DNA of 64,000 nucleotides from Torpedo marmorata (taxonomy: Eukaryota). Within the stretch, counting starts at the first letter, position 1. Every line of letters starts with the position of its first letter. The notes beneath the pieces are model-generated. The model was given only the letters and a program-made list of their open reading frames with translations, was not told the DNA's origin and searched no databases. The stretch spans positions 262,136,001-262,200,000 of the forward strand of contig OZ360220.1 of assembly GCA_977017645.1 (NCBI GenBank), written 5' to 3'. The position numbers and the translations under genes are program-made. This document shows positions 53,036 through 64,000 of this stretch, piece by piece.

Positions 53036-53305
53036 TAAGTAGGCACAGGACTGGTCAGTACAAGGAACACCAGGTGCTGTAGGTTTTTGTGAGGGGCGCT
53101 GGACAAAGTAGCGACTCTCTGTCTGCCTTACGGTAGACAAAAATTAAAGAATTTCATGTATGTTACATTGTAAATGTAGTATTACGTGACAACAATGGAA
53201 CCTTTACCTTTAATATCTATGTTTGTGTACATATATGTACTGTATCTAACTGCAGCTGGGATCTTAATTAATAATGGTGCGTGGATAGTTATTGCAACCA
53301 TTATT

Positions 53306-54603
53306 TTTAAAAAAAATATTTTATTTAAAATTTAAATCACAAAATACATAGAATAAAATATAAAATTATCAAAATACTTGTGATACATTTTCACCCCCCC
53401 TCCCCCCTCTCATCCCCAACCCTCCCAACCCCACTAATCTAATAAAATAATAAAAAAAAAGAAAAAAATAGAAAAGAAAAAGATAAGATAAGGAGAATGT
53501 CAATCTAATAAATACATCTATAAACTAATTCTATTATGGAGGTCGGGTCGAGAGATTTTCAAATCCTTAAACCGACAGCTTTCATATATGGGCTCCATAT
53601 TTTTAAAAAGAAATGGTATTTATCCCGTAAATTGTAAGTAATTTTTTCAAGTGGTATACATGAACGAAGTTCTGCATGCCATCTTTCTAACCCTAAATCA
53701 ACATCAGATTTCCAAGTAATAGCAATGCATTTCTTTGAAACAGCTAAAGCAATTCGCAAAAATTCTATTTGATACATATTTAATTTCATCTTAATACTAA
53801 ATTTTTTAATATCTCCAAACAAAAATATCATAGGATCCATCGGGAATATAATCTTAAATACTTTATCTAAAAATTTTTTAACTTTCAACCAAAAATCGTA
53901 GACTTTTGGACAAAACCATGTAGAATGTACAAAAGAACCTTCCTCTTTATTACATCTAAAACATAAACCTGATAATGTCGGGTTAAATTTCTTTAATTTT
54001 TTAGGTGTTAAATATAATTGATGAAAAAAATTGTATTGTACTAATCTATATCTAACATTAATAATCTTCGTCATACTTAATTTACATAATTCTTTCCAAT
54101 GATTTTCATCTATTGTTACGTTCAAATCTAATTCCCATTTTTATCTTGATTTATGAATTCCTACTTTAGGGATTTTCCTCTGAAACAATTTATACATTTG
54201 AGAAATAAATTTGTTTACATCTCCTTTAGTAACTAATAATTCTAATTCGTTCTGTCCTGGTAAGATCAAAGCATAACCTAATTTCTCAATCAGAAAAGCT
54301 CTAATTTGATAATAAGCAAAAAGTGTATTATCTAATATATTAAATTTATCTTTCATTCTTTGGAAAGTAATAAATTTCCCAGCTTCAAAACAATCATTTA
54401 TTTTCTTAATTCCTTTTTGAAACCAAATTTTAAATAATTGATTATTAATAGTAAATGGAATAAGATGATTTTGATATAAAGGCATCCTTGAAGAAATCAT
54501 TCCTTTTCCTCCTATTTCCTTATCCGTCTTATTCCGTATTTCTAACAAATGTTTAAGAATAGGAGAGTTTTTCTTTCTTATTGATATTAATTTAGAATTC
54601 CAT
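53306..54603 (-). mobile_element. 5'-truncated L1, young subfamily
   Basis: ORF2 C-terminus with CFRC..HSTWFCP; 17-bp TSD ttattgcaaccattatt at 53289-305 and 54604-620. Confidence 0.92.
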
Positions 54604-54659
54604 TTATTGCAACCATTATTGTGAGACTTTGACTTTTTATTGAACTTTCCTTGACCCTT

Positions 54660-55025
54660 GAAATGTCTCCTGAACATCCAGGAACTTGAAGGTACTAACT
54701 CTCTTCATTGCCGTACCACCAATAAAGATGGGTGTGTGGTCCCTTAGCCACGTCTTTCTGAACTCCACAATAGGCTCCTTTTTCTTGCTGACATTGAGAG
54801 AAAACTTATTGTTCTAGCACTACCAACCAGGGCTGTCGTCAGTAAATTTATAGGTTGCATTGCAGTTGATCTTGGCTACACACTTGTGAGTGTGGAGCAG
54901 ACAGAGCAGAGGACGAAGCACATAGCTTTCAGGTTCCCACATTGATGGTCAGCAAAGAGGAGGTAATGTTGGCAATCGCACTGATTGAGGTTTGCCAGTG
55001 AGGGAGTAAAGGATCCAGTTGCAAA
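54660..55025 (-). mobile_element. Rex1/Babar-type RT fragment
   Basis: Similar to parts of 5600-6000 (caggaacttgaag, ctgacattgag, gcactgattgagg..ggatccagttgca). Confidence 0.55.
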
Positions 55026-55451
55026 GGAACTATCAAGATTCCCATATCCCTGTTGTTCATTGTCTATAGCTCGACGTTTAAAGCTATCATACTGGCAAAA
55101 CTAATAATCAATTGGAGATGGTTGTTGCATCTTGCATTTATGTCCATTGAATTGTATTATTGAACTGCCAATAATGCATAAAGCTGTGAATAAACTACTT
55201 GAATAGTATTTCAAAACCCATCAATGAAAATAATGATTACATGGACATATTGCTGAAGAACAGATGAATGTTACTCAGTTACATTGGAACCAATCGATAT
55301 TCCCATGTTTTTTAGTATCGACCTGCCATTGGTGGCTGCTAGTCAATAGATAAGTTCTCAGTTATTGAAATCCTGTTCAACGAGATCAAACAACCAGGAG
55401 TGGACTATTCATCTCCTTCAATATGTTCTAATATTCAGCAAAACAAAAAAA

Positions 55452-55698
55452 GGGAGGCACGGTTAGCGCAACGCCTTTACAGCGCCAGCGATCAGGACCG
55501 GACCGGGGTTCGAATCCCGTGCTGTCTGTAAGGAGTTTGTACGTTCTCCCCGTGTCTGCGTGGGTTTTCTCCGTGGGCTCCAGTTTCCTCCCACAGTTCA
55601 AAACGTACTGGGGATGTTGGTTAATGGGGAGTAAATTGGGTGGCACGGACTCGTGGGCCGAAATGGCCTGTTACCGTGCTGTATGTCTAAAAAAAAAT
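55452..55698 (+). mobile_element. V-SINE
   Basis: Same family as 9661-9921. Confidence 0.85.
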
Positions 55699-56197
55699 GA
55701 TTACTTAACCTGCCTTTGCCCCACATGGCTTAGAAATGTGTCATTTTCATTGTTTAAAAAATGAACTGGGTCAGTTTCCTCAGCCTTTTTGAGCGTTCCA
55801 AATTTCAACCATTCTCTGTGCTTTTAAGATAAAATGCTTCCTGATTTACCAATGTGCTCTAACTTGTACTTAAAGATTATGTCCACTTGTTCTATATTAA
55901 ACCATCAGAGTAAATTGTTTTTTCTGTAACTATCCCTGGAAATCTATTTTTATTATTTTAAACAATTGGATTACCTTCAATCTTCAAAACCTAAGGCTGT
56001 ACAGGTAAAGTTAATGTCAACCTATCCTAACTTAATCTTTGTTGTCTGTCTGTCTGATATATCTGTTATACTTCCAAGACTAATATATCTTTCCTGAGTT
56101 GTCCAAAATTAACTATTGAGTGGGGCTGGGTTCAACTTAAGCATGCTCTCCATTGGAGTGTATCTCAAGCCACTTGGAAAACAAGCATTTAATTTCT

Positions 56198-56452
56198 AAT
56201 TTTATTTTAAATTTAGTCATACAGTATGGTAACAGGCTCTTTCAGCCCACGAGTCCATGATGCCCAATTACACCCAATTGACCCTACAACCCTGTTATGT
56301 TTTGAAGGGTGGGAGGAAACTGGAGCACCTGGAGAAAATCCACGCAGTCACAGGGAGAACGTAGACGCTCCTTGCAGACAGCGACAGATTCGAACCCCGG
56401 TCGCTGGCACTGTAACAACGTCGCACTAACCGCTACGCTAACCGTGCCGCCC
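56198..56452 (-). mobile_element. V-SINE
   Basis: Reverse complement of the same family. Confidence 0.8.
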
Positions 56453-57609
56453 GTGCATTAGCTTTTCTGATTGCTTTTTGTACCTGCTCAATAGCCTTAG
56501 CGATTTCTGTACATGATTACCCAATTCTCTTTGCTCGTCTACAGCTACTTAGTTTCTCATCATTTAAGAAATGTCTTGGATATCATTTCCAGAATAATGG
56601 AAAATGACTGACTATTCACATTCCTAGGCATACATTGAAGGGATGTCAAGTATCTATTGACTATTACAAGGACCAATCTGGACTCGCTGTTCAACTTGCA
56701 TTGGGTTTATTCCATTGCTGACTTTATTTTGTTATTGTGCATATGACAAAATCTGTTGGATAAATAAGATGGATTATTGTATGGAAGTAATCCAAAAATG
56801 TAATATTTTCAGTAACCATACAAGTTGTTAGTGTTATTCCAAAAATTAAGAAATAAACACAAAATCAGTTGACATTCTTTGTTAAAAATACAAAATTATA
56901 AATAGATTCTACCCTAAGATATGTTAGTAGTCCAGGTGGCTGCTGAAGTCATGTGGGAAATGATGTCCTGGAAAGAGCCTCTTATCTTTCAAAAACTGAT
57001 TGCCGTTTATGGACACCATAACAAGAAGCACATGGGATTTTAGTTTCACTTCCTTTAAAACTGCAAAAGGGGAAGTAATTTTTTTTCAAACTATACCAAA
57101 ATTCATGTCATGTCAAAATACAGTTACTTATTTAAAGCTAATTAAATTTGAAATCTTGTTTCCTAAATATGATTTATTGTTGCTCATCTTTGGGCTGGGT
57201 ATTGAAAACAATTTTACTTTCTATATCTCCAGGAGCAATCTCCAAGTGCCTTTTTATGAAGCAAATTATTTCAAATTGCTTCACAAGCAGTTCATTTTTA
57301 AGACTTCAGAATATGGATATGGGCACAAGACCTTGTGTCCTTCCTCAATTGCCCTGATTTGACATAGCTCAATAGCTAGCGCTGTCACTTGAAAGGACAG
57401 TCAGGAGTCAACAACACAAAATAAGACTTGAGTCACACATTGTGAACATCAACCTGTTGCATAAGTGTTTGAATGAAGAGTCTTGGAACTGGTACTGTGG
57501 CATAGATCTGTCCAGTAAACTGGATAACCTCCTGAGCACTAGTCGCTTCTGGGTGTTTCAGCGACTATTTGAAGTTGAATTGAGTGATTTTTAAAAAAAA
57601 TAATTACTG

Positions 57610-58430
57610 GAGAGAATTCTGAGGTTTTTTTTGAAGAGGTGACCAAGAAGATTGATGAGGGCGGGCAGGAGATGTTGACTATTTGGATGTTAGTAAGGGT
57701 AAGAGGCCAATTAGATAAGAATTGGCTTGATGGTAAGAGTCAGAGGGTAGTGGTGGTGGGTTATTACTCAGATTGGAGGTTTGTGACCAGTGGTGTGCCG
57801 CAAGGATTTGTGCTGGGTCCATTGTCATGTCATCTGTATTAAGGACTTGGATGACAATGTAGTTAGCATGGTTAGTAAATTTGAGGGTGACACCAAAATT
57901 GATTGTAGAGTGGACAGTGAAGAAGATTATCTGAGATTACAACACGATCTAGATGAACTGGGAAAGTGAGCCAAGGAATGGCAGATAGAATTTAATTGGA
58001 CTAGTGCAAGAGGATGTTGCACTTTGGGAGTTTAGACCGGGGCAGGACTTGCACGGTGAATGGTAGAGCACTGGAGAGTGTTGCAGAACAGAGAAGCTTA
58101 AGAAATACAGGTACAGAGTTTCATGAAAGTGGCAACACAGGTAGACTGCTGATGAAGGCATTTGGCACGTTTGCCTTCACCATTCAGGTAATTGAATACA
58201 GGAGCAAGGACATCATGTTACAACTGTTGGTGAGATCACACTTGGAGTATTGTGCATAGTTCTGAGCACCTAGCTATAGGAAAGATATCAAAAAGCTGGA
58301 AAGGCAGAAAAGATTCACAAGAATTTTAACAGGATTGGTGGGCTTTAATTGTAAGGAAAGGATGGGGTTTTCTCTCCTGAACATAGAACACTGAGAGTGG
58401 ACCGTTATAGAGCTTCATAAAATCATGTTG
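57610..58430 (+). mobile_element. CR1 RT fragment
   Basis: WRFVTSGVPQGFVLGPL, LVRSHLEYC. Confidence 0.8.
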
Positions 58431-58892
58431 TGAACGCAGCTCAAGTGATGAAGCAAACCAGCCCCCGCTCCATCAACTCTATTTTCACCTCTTGCTGCCA
58501 CGGGAAAGCAGCTAACCTATTAAAGGTGTGTCCCATTCGAGTCACACTCTCTTCTATCCTCTCCCTTCTGGTAGAAGGTGCACGAGTATAAAAACAAGCA
58601 CCTCCAGATTCAATGGCAATTTCTTTCCTTCTGTAATCAGGCTATTCAATGGACTTCCCATTAGTTTAAGATGATGCCTTGCAAACTTAACTCTACATTT
58701 CTCTTTAACCTGTACCCTGCACTTCTGTCTTATGTAACACTATGCCCTGCACTTTTGTTGTATTGTATCACTGTGTTTTTCTTCTTCCATTACCTGGTGT
58801 ACTATGTAGAGGTTGACGCCTGGATAGCATGCAAAACAAAGTTTTCCCACTGTTTCTCAGTATATGTGACAATAAACAGTTCAATTCAATTC
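58430..58892 (+). mobile_element. Rex1/Babar-type 3' end
   Basis: cacactctcttctatcctctcccttctggtagaagg..ttctttcct; tail gtgacaataaacagttcaattcaattc. Confidence 0.65.
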
Positions 58893-60989
58893 CTTGAGTT
58901 CCTTTTGCTTTTCACTTTCCAAGTGTTTTCTTTCTATTTTACTCTTTCATGTGAGAATAATTATTAAAATTGCTAATTCTGCATAAGCATAGAGCTTTCC
59001 TCTGTTGCAACAGGTTGGAAATATTGCACAAGTAGAGTTGTATATCAGGATTTAAATAGGAGGCAGAAAATAGAAACATAGCTGAAGTCCATGTCTTTTG
59101 TTTTCATCTCTTTTTTTTGTAGAGAGAACCTATCTCATTAAATAAGGTACATGAGAGTTATGATTTGTACATCAAGAATGGATTGATTTATGAACTAACT
59201 TTCGTTCATAACATAATTTAACTCTGCTGAAGTATCAGACTCTTCTTCTGAAGCGCTTATTTCAGTTTTTCCCATTTCTTGTCTCCTGATATGAACTTCC
59301 ATCCTTCATCTTCACCTCCATTCAGCTAGTCCAAAACTTGCTACCTCCTTTTGTCCCGTTCCATGCTCTACACTAAGCATGGTTTCTCCTCACTGTTTAG
59401 TTTGATCTCAATTCCTGAAATTTTAAATCCTCACCCTCACCTTAAGTTTATCAATGGCTTTGCATCCTATTTAATCTTCCTGGGCCTGACTGCACTTCCT
59501 TACTGCTGTCTTTTTAATCGCTTTTGCATCACCTTCTCTGGTCACCCTACCCAAAGGATCTATAATAGATCGCAAACTCTATAATGACTTCCGAAGCTGT
59601 CTGCATCCCTAGTGCTTCCATGAAACTAATCTCTTTGAAAAAACATTTGGTCATTCTTTTCAATATCACTCTCTTTTGCTTGGCTTTCATACTTTAATTG
59701 CAACTCTCAAGTGCCTTTGGATGAGTTTGTATAATGTTGTATTAAATGCAGATTTATACTTCAGAATTAAGAAGTTTGTGGAACTAAAACTTGGCAGCAT
59801 ACAATAATTATGGCAGAAAAAATTGCTATTCCATCCATTGATTCCATGCTGCCTCCATGTGGAGCTATATCATCTGCCTTAATCGCCTACTCTTTCTGTT
59901 TCAATGCCCATCCAATTTTATTAGAAGATCTGATTGATATATTTTCCACTGTCCCCCAGGGACCAAACTCCATATCATAACTTTTCTCTGAATGGTGAAA
60001 ATGTTTCTTCTTGCTTCTTTGTATCTTTTGTCCGACATGTTAAATCTGTGGCCCAGGCATGTAGAATGGGAAACGGTTTTAGTCCACTTACCCTATCCAA
60101 ATCATTCGTGATTCTTCTTAACTCTGCTTGAAGGAAAACAACCCTGATTAGCTAATTTAACATAGCTGAAATTCTTAACCCTGGAACCATCCAATAACCC
60201 CTTTCAGCACCAATTTATGGAATCTTTGTATCTTTCACAAAATACTGTACTGTACCTAGAATCATCATAAAACTCCAGCTATGAATTAACCAATGTTTTA
60301 TTCAGCAGAGCCAGGATCCCACTCATGTGTCTTTCTTGGAATAAATAACATTTGCAATCAGGCACCATGTTCCTGCACAATTTTTAGAATCATAAGAGTC
60401 ACAAAATTTTACAGCATGGAAACAGACCATACAGCCCAATTGATCCATGCCAGCCAAGTTGTCTCCCTTAGCCAGTTTCAATTTTATATGGTTGGCATTG
60501 TTTCTCTAAACCTTTCCTATTCATGAACTGTAGCACCGCAATCCCAAGAGTGAGTGATACAAGTGCTAAGGTGCAACACCTTGACTCATAACTGATTTTT
60601 TGTGATAGTGAGGGAGAATGTAGTGTTGGTATGGGAAAGGTGATCCATAATTTTCTGACCTGCCCTCTCTGTAAGTTTTCTGATCCATCCTCAACTCACT
60701 TATCTCTTAGTTTGAACTTTGCGATTGTACCTGCCTATACCATTTTCCTTGGCAGCTTTTTCCATATACCTATCAGTCTCTGTGTGTTAAAGGTGCCTCT
60801 CAGAACCTTTTTTAAATCCTTCATCTCATGCCTTTAATCTATGCCCTCTACTTTTAGACACTCCAACCTGGGGAGAAAGACTGACTATTTAATTTATCTA
60901 TGTTCCTAGTGATTTGATGCTGTCTCCTCTTGTGTTTCAGCTGAAAGAATTTTGTTTCACTCTTCTTTGTATTTAAATTGCATCTGGCA

Positions 60990-63490
60990 CTTGTTTGCCT
61001 TTGAGGTGGCCTATTTGGAGCAATGCATGCTACAAGCCTACTCAGGCTAAGCTCCTCAACTCTTCTTCCACTGCATCGGTGACTACATTGGTGCTTCCTC
61101 CTGCACCCATGATGAACTCATCAACTTTATCCACTTTGCTGCTAACTTTCACCCTGACCTCAAATTCACTTGGTCCATCTGTGGCAATACTCTCCCCTTT
61201 CTTTTAAAAAAAAAATATTTTATTTAAAATTTTAAATCACAAAATACATAAGGTAAAATATAAAATTATCAAAATACTTGTGATACATTTTCATCCCACC
61301 CTCCCCTCCCTAACCCTCCCATCCCTACCAATCTAATAAAATAAAAATAAAAAGAAAGAAAAAGATAGAATAAGGAGAATATCAATCTAAAAAATACATC
61401 TATAAACTAATTTTATTATGGAGGTTACGTTCGCCAGTCAGATCCGATGTCCAGAGATCTTCAAATCCTTAAACCGACAACTTTCATATATGGGCTCCAT
61501 ATTTTTAAAAAGAAATAATATTTATTACGTAAATTGTAAGTAATTTTTTCAAGTGGTATACATGAACGAAGTTCTGCATGCCATCTTTCTAACCCTAAAT
61601 CTACATCAGATTTCCAAGTAATAGCAATACATTTCTTTGAAACAGCTAAAGCAATTCGCAGAAATTCTATTTGATACATATTTAATTTCATCTTAATACT
61701 AACTTTTTTAATATCTCCAAACAGAAATATCATAGGGTCCATTGGGAATGTGATTTTTAATACTTTGTCTAAACAATTTTTAACTTTCAACCAAAAATCA
61801 TAAACTTTTGGACAAAACCATGTAGAATGTACAAAAGAACCTTCCTCTCTATTACATCTAAAACATAAACCTGATAATGTCGCATTAAATTTCTTTAACT
61901 TTTTAGGTGTTAAATATAATTGATGAAAAAAATTATATTGTACTAGTCTATATCTAACATTAATAATCTCCGTCATACTAAGTTTACATAATTCTTTCCA
62001 ATGATCTTCATCTATTGTTACATTCAAATCTAATTCCCACTTTAATCTTGATTTATGAATTCCTACTTTAGGAATTTTTCTCTGAAACAATCTGTACATT
62101 TGAGAAATAAATTTATTTACATCTCCCTTAGTAACTAATAATTCTAATTCATTCTGTCTTGGTAAAATCAAACTATAACCTAATTTCCCAACCAAAAATT
62201 CTCTAATTTGGTAATAAGCAAAAAGTGTATTATCCAATATATTAAATTTATCTTTCATTCTTTGAAAAGTAATAAATTTACCAGCTTCAAAACAATCATT
62301 TATTTTCTTAATTCCTTTTTGAAACCAAATTTTAAATAATTGATTATTAACAGTAAATGGAATAAGTTCATTTTGATATAGAGGCATTTTTGGAGAAATT
62401 GATCCTTTTCCTCCTATTTCCTTATCCACTTTGTTCCATATTTCTAGCAAATGTTTAAAGATAGGAGAATTTTTCCTTCTTGTCGATATTAATTTCGAAT
62501 TCCATTTATAAATAACTTCTTCTTTGGAATCTTCTCCTATATTATTTAATTCTATTCTAATCCAGGCGGAAGATTTAGTTAAATCAAAAAGTTCATTAAC
62601 AAATTTTAATTGAGCTGCTTTATAATAATTTTGAAAGTTAGGAAGTTGTAAACCACCCATTTCATAGTTCCAAGTTAATTTCTCTATACCTACCCTAGCC
62701 AACTTTGCTTTCCACAAAAACTTCCTAATAATTGAGTTTAGATCTTTAAAAAACTTTTGAGGAATTTCATAAGGAATTGATTGAAAGAGCAATAACTTTA
62801 ATGGGAAGGGTAAATTGTATCGAAATGAATGTTTTTCCAAGAATTCAATATCTCTTTCAATCAATTACTCTCCCCTTTCTTGATCTCTCTGTCTCCATCT
62901 CAGGAGACAAACACTCTACAGATATTTTCTCCAAACCTGCCAACTCCCACAGTAACCTCAACAAAACTCTTCACACCCTGTCCCCTGTAGGGATTCTATT
63001 CCTTTCTCTCAATTCCTCCGCCTCTGTCACATCTGCTCCCAGGACGAGGTCTTCCATTCCAGAACATCCGAGGTATCCTTCAAAAAAACGTGGCTTCCCC
63101 TCTAATGCCATCAACTCACCCATCCTGCCCACTTCCCTTCCCTTTCCATTCAGAGCTACTCCCTCCCCCTATCACTTCTCAGCTTTTTTTCTCTTCTACC
63201 CTCCAACCTATATCCACGTATGATTTCTTACCTGTTAGCCCGTACTCCTCCCCACTGCTCCTTTCTCCCTCCTCTCCTTTCCCCACCCCCACCCGCCTCC
63301 TCATCCTCCACCCACCTTTTTACTCAGGTGCCTGCCTGCTTTTTGCTCATACCTTGACCAAATGCCTAGGTCCAAATCATTGGTTACCCTTTACTAGAGA
63401 TGCTGCATGTCCTGCTGAGTTTCTCCATCACTTTTGTGTAATACACTACAAACCTGGCATCTGCATACTTTCCTGTTTAACTCCACTGCC
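60990..63490 (+). mobile_element. Penelope-like RT/pLTR remnant interrupted by an L1
   Basis: ELINFIHFAANFHPDLKFTWSI..|LPFLDLSVSISGDKHSTDIFSKPANSH rejoins across the L1; pLTR tail at 63300-63490. Confidence 0.8.
61204..62865 (-). mobile_element. 5'-truncated L1 with 5' inversion (twin priming)
   Basis: Uninterrupted ORF2 C-terminal frame 61461-62789; inverted segment 62790-62865 (ITLMGRVNCIEMNVFPRIQYLFQSI); 16-bp TSD tactctcccctttctt at 61188-203 and 62866-881. Confidence 0.92.
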
Positions 63491-63529
63491 CTTTGAGATA
63501 GCCTAGCATTGTTTTTGTTTGTTTTTTTT

Positions 63530-64000
63530 TGTCTCAGGAGCATGTTTTATTATCATCCTGCAAATCAATTGTTCCCCTGTACTTTCTGTCTTTAAGCTAA
63601 TATATAGTTGCAATTGACCCTTTAATTCCAGGACGCCAACTTTGCTAACCAGCCTTTTGTGTATGTCTTTTTAGTTGCCTTATGAAAATTCATGTAAACT
63701 TCATTTACTTACCGGTAATTTCTTTCATTGACCTTGTGTTACTCTCATCAAAAAAAATTGGAAGTCCAATGTAATTTGCGTGTAACTAATGCATGCTTGC
63801 TCTCTTTTATAAATTCAAATGAATGTTTCCCCTGATTACTGTTTTTAAAAACTTCCCCATAACCAAGGTTAAAGTGACCAGGCTGCAATTGCTGGCATAT
63901 GCCTAGCATTGCAAAACAACTTTTAGCCCATAAATGACAGAGAGTGAGGTCTTCTGTATCAATCTGACTTTCACTCCATTCCACTTACTATTTGCAATTC
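63530..64000 (-). mobile_element. Old CR1 RT fragment
   Basis: ttgccttatgaaaattcatgtaaac (minus-strand YMNFHKA), aactaatgcatgcttgct, gttaaagtgaccaggctgcaatt. Confidence 0.45.

Larger units (their letters stand above)
52137..53212 (+). mobile_element. 5S rRNA-derived SINE (SINE3-like), split by a pogo MITE
   Basis: 52141-52190 (..cctgaatacg..gtctgatctcggaagcta) joined to 53038-53088 (..ctggtcagtac..ggaacaccaggtgctgtaggttttt) resembles 5S rRNA; followed by a LINE-like tail ending gtgacaacaatggaacctttaccttt. Confidence 0.8.
1444..64000 (+). other. ZCCHC7: Very large intron following the first coding exon of ZCCHC7
   Basis: GT donor at 1444. No downstream ZCCHC7-like (zinc-knuckle) coding exon recognised in the window. 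The corresponding mammalian intron is known to be very large. Confidence 0.7.

Noticed and set aside
52137-53088. Functional 5S rRNA gene
   Set aside because: Diverged, internally deleted, interrupted by a MITE and fused to a LINE-like tail.
62777-63223. 148-aa ORF as a novel L1-Penelope fusion protein
   Set aside because: Chance in-frame junction of the inverted L1 piece with the host Penelope RT fragment; non-ATG start and it decays quickly.

Overview
This is eukaryotic (vertebrate) DNA, most likely from a cartilaginous fish such as a ray or shark, judging by its V-SINE/HE1-like, CR1, Rex1/Babar, Penelope and L1 repeat content. It is not prokaryotic. The only host coding sequence I can support is the first coding exon of ZCCHC7 (AIR1-like; exon 781-1443, CDS from 801). 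The remaining ~62.5 kb appears to be one very large intron. Transposable elements in that intron include: a near-intact DD35D pogo (Passer/POGK-like) transposon and a MITE derived from it; two Tigger-like MITEs; an L1 retaining both ends and a 16-bp TSD, with a CR1 nested in ORF1; four truncated L1s, one with a twin-priming 5' inversion; two solo LTRs; several Penelope remnants with degenerate hammerhead-like cores; tRNA-derived V-SINEs; a 5S-rRNA-derived SINE split by the pogo MITE; and a GC-rich non-autonomous retroelement that shares its 3' tail with that 5S SINE. A TE-poor, AT-rich block at about 26-39.8 kb probably holds conserved non-coding elements of the PAX5/ZCCHC7 regulatory landscape (inference). 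No CRISPR, tRNA or rRNA genes and no demonstrably new enzymatic system were found. The most notable items are the 5S SINE and its tail-sharing partner, the nearly intact pogo/MITE pair, a perfect 80-bp palindrome, and a 65-bp hairpin-containing sequence copied 4.5 kb away.
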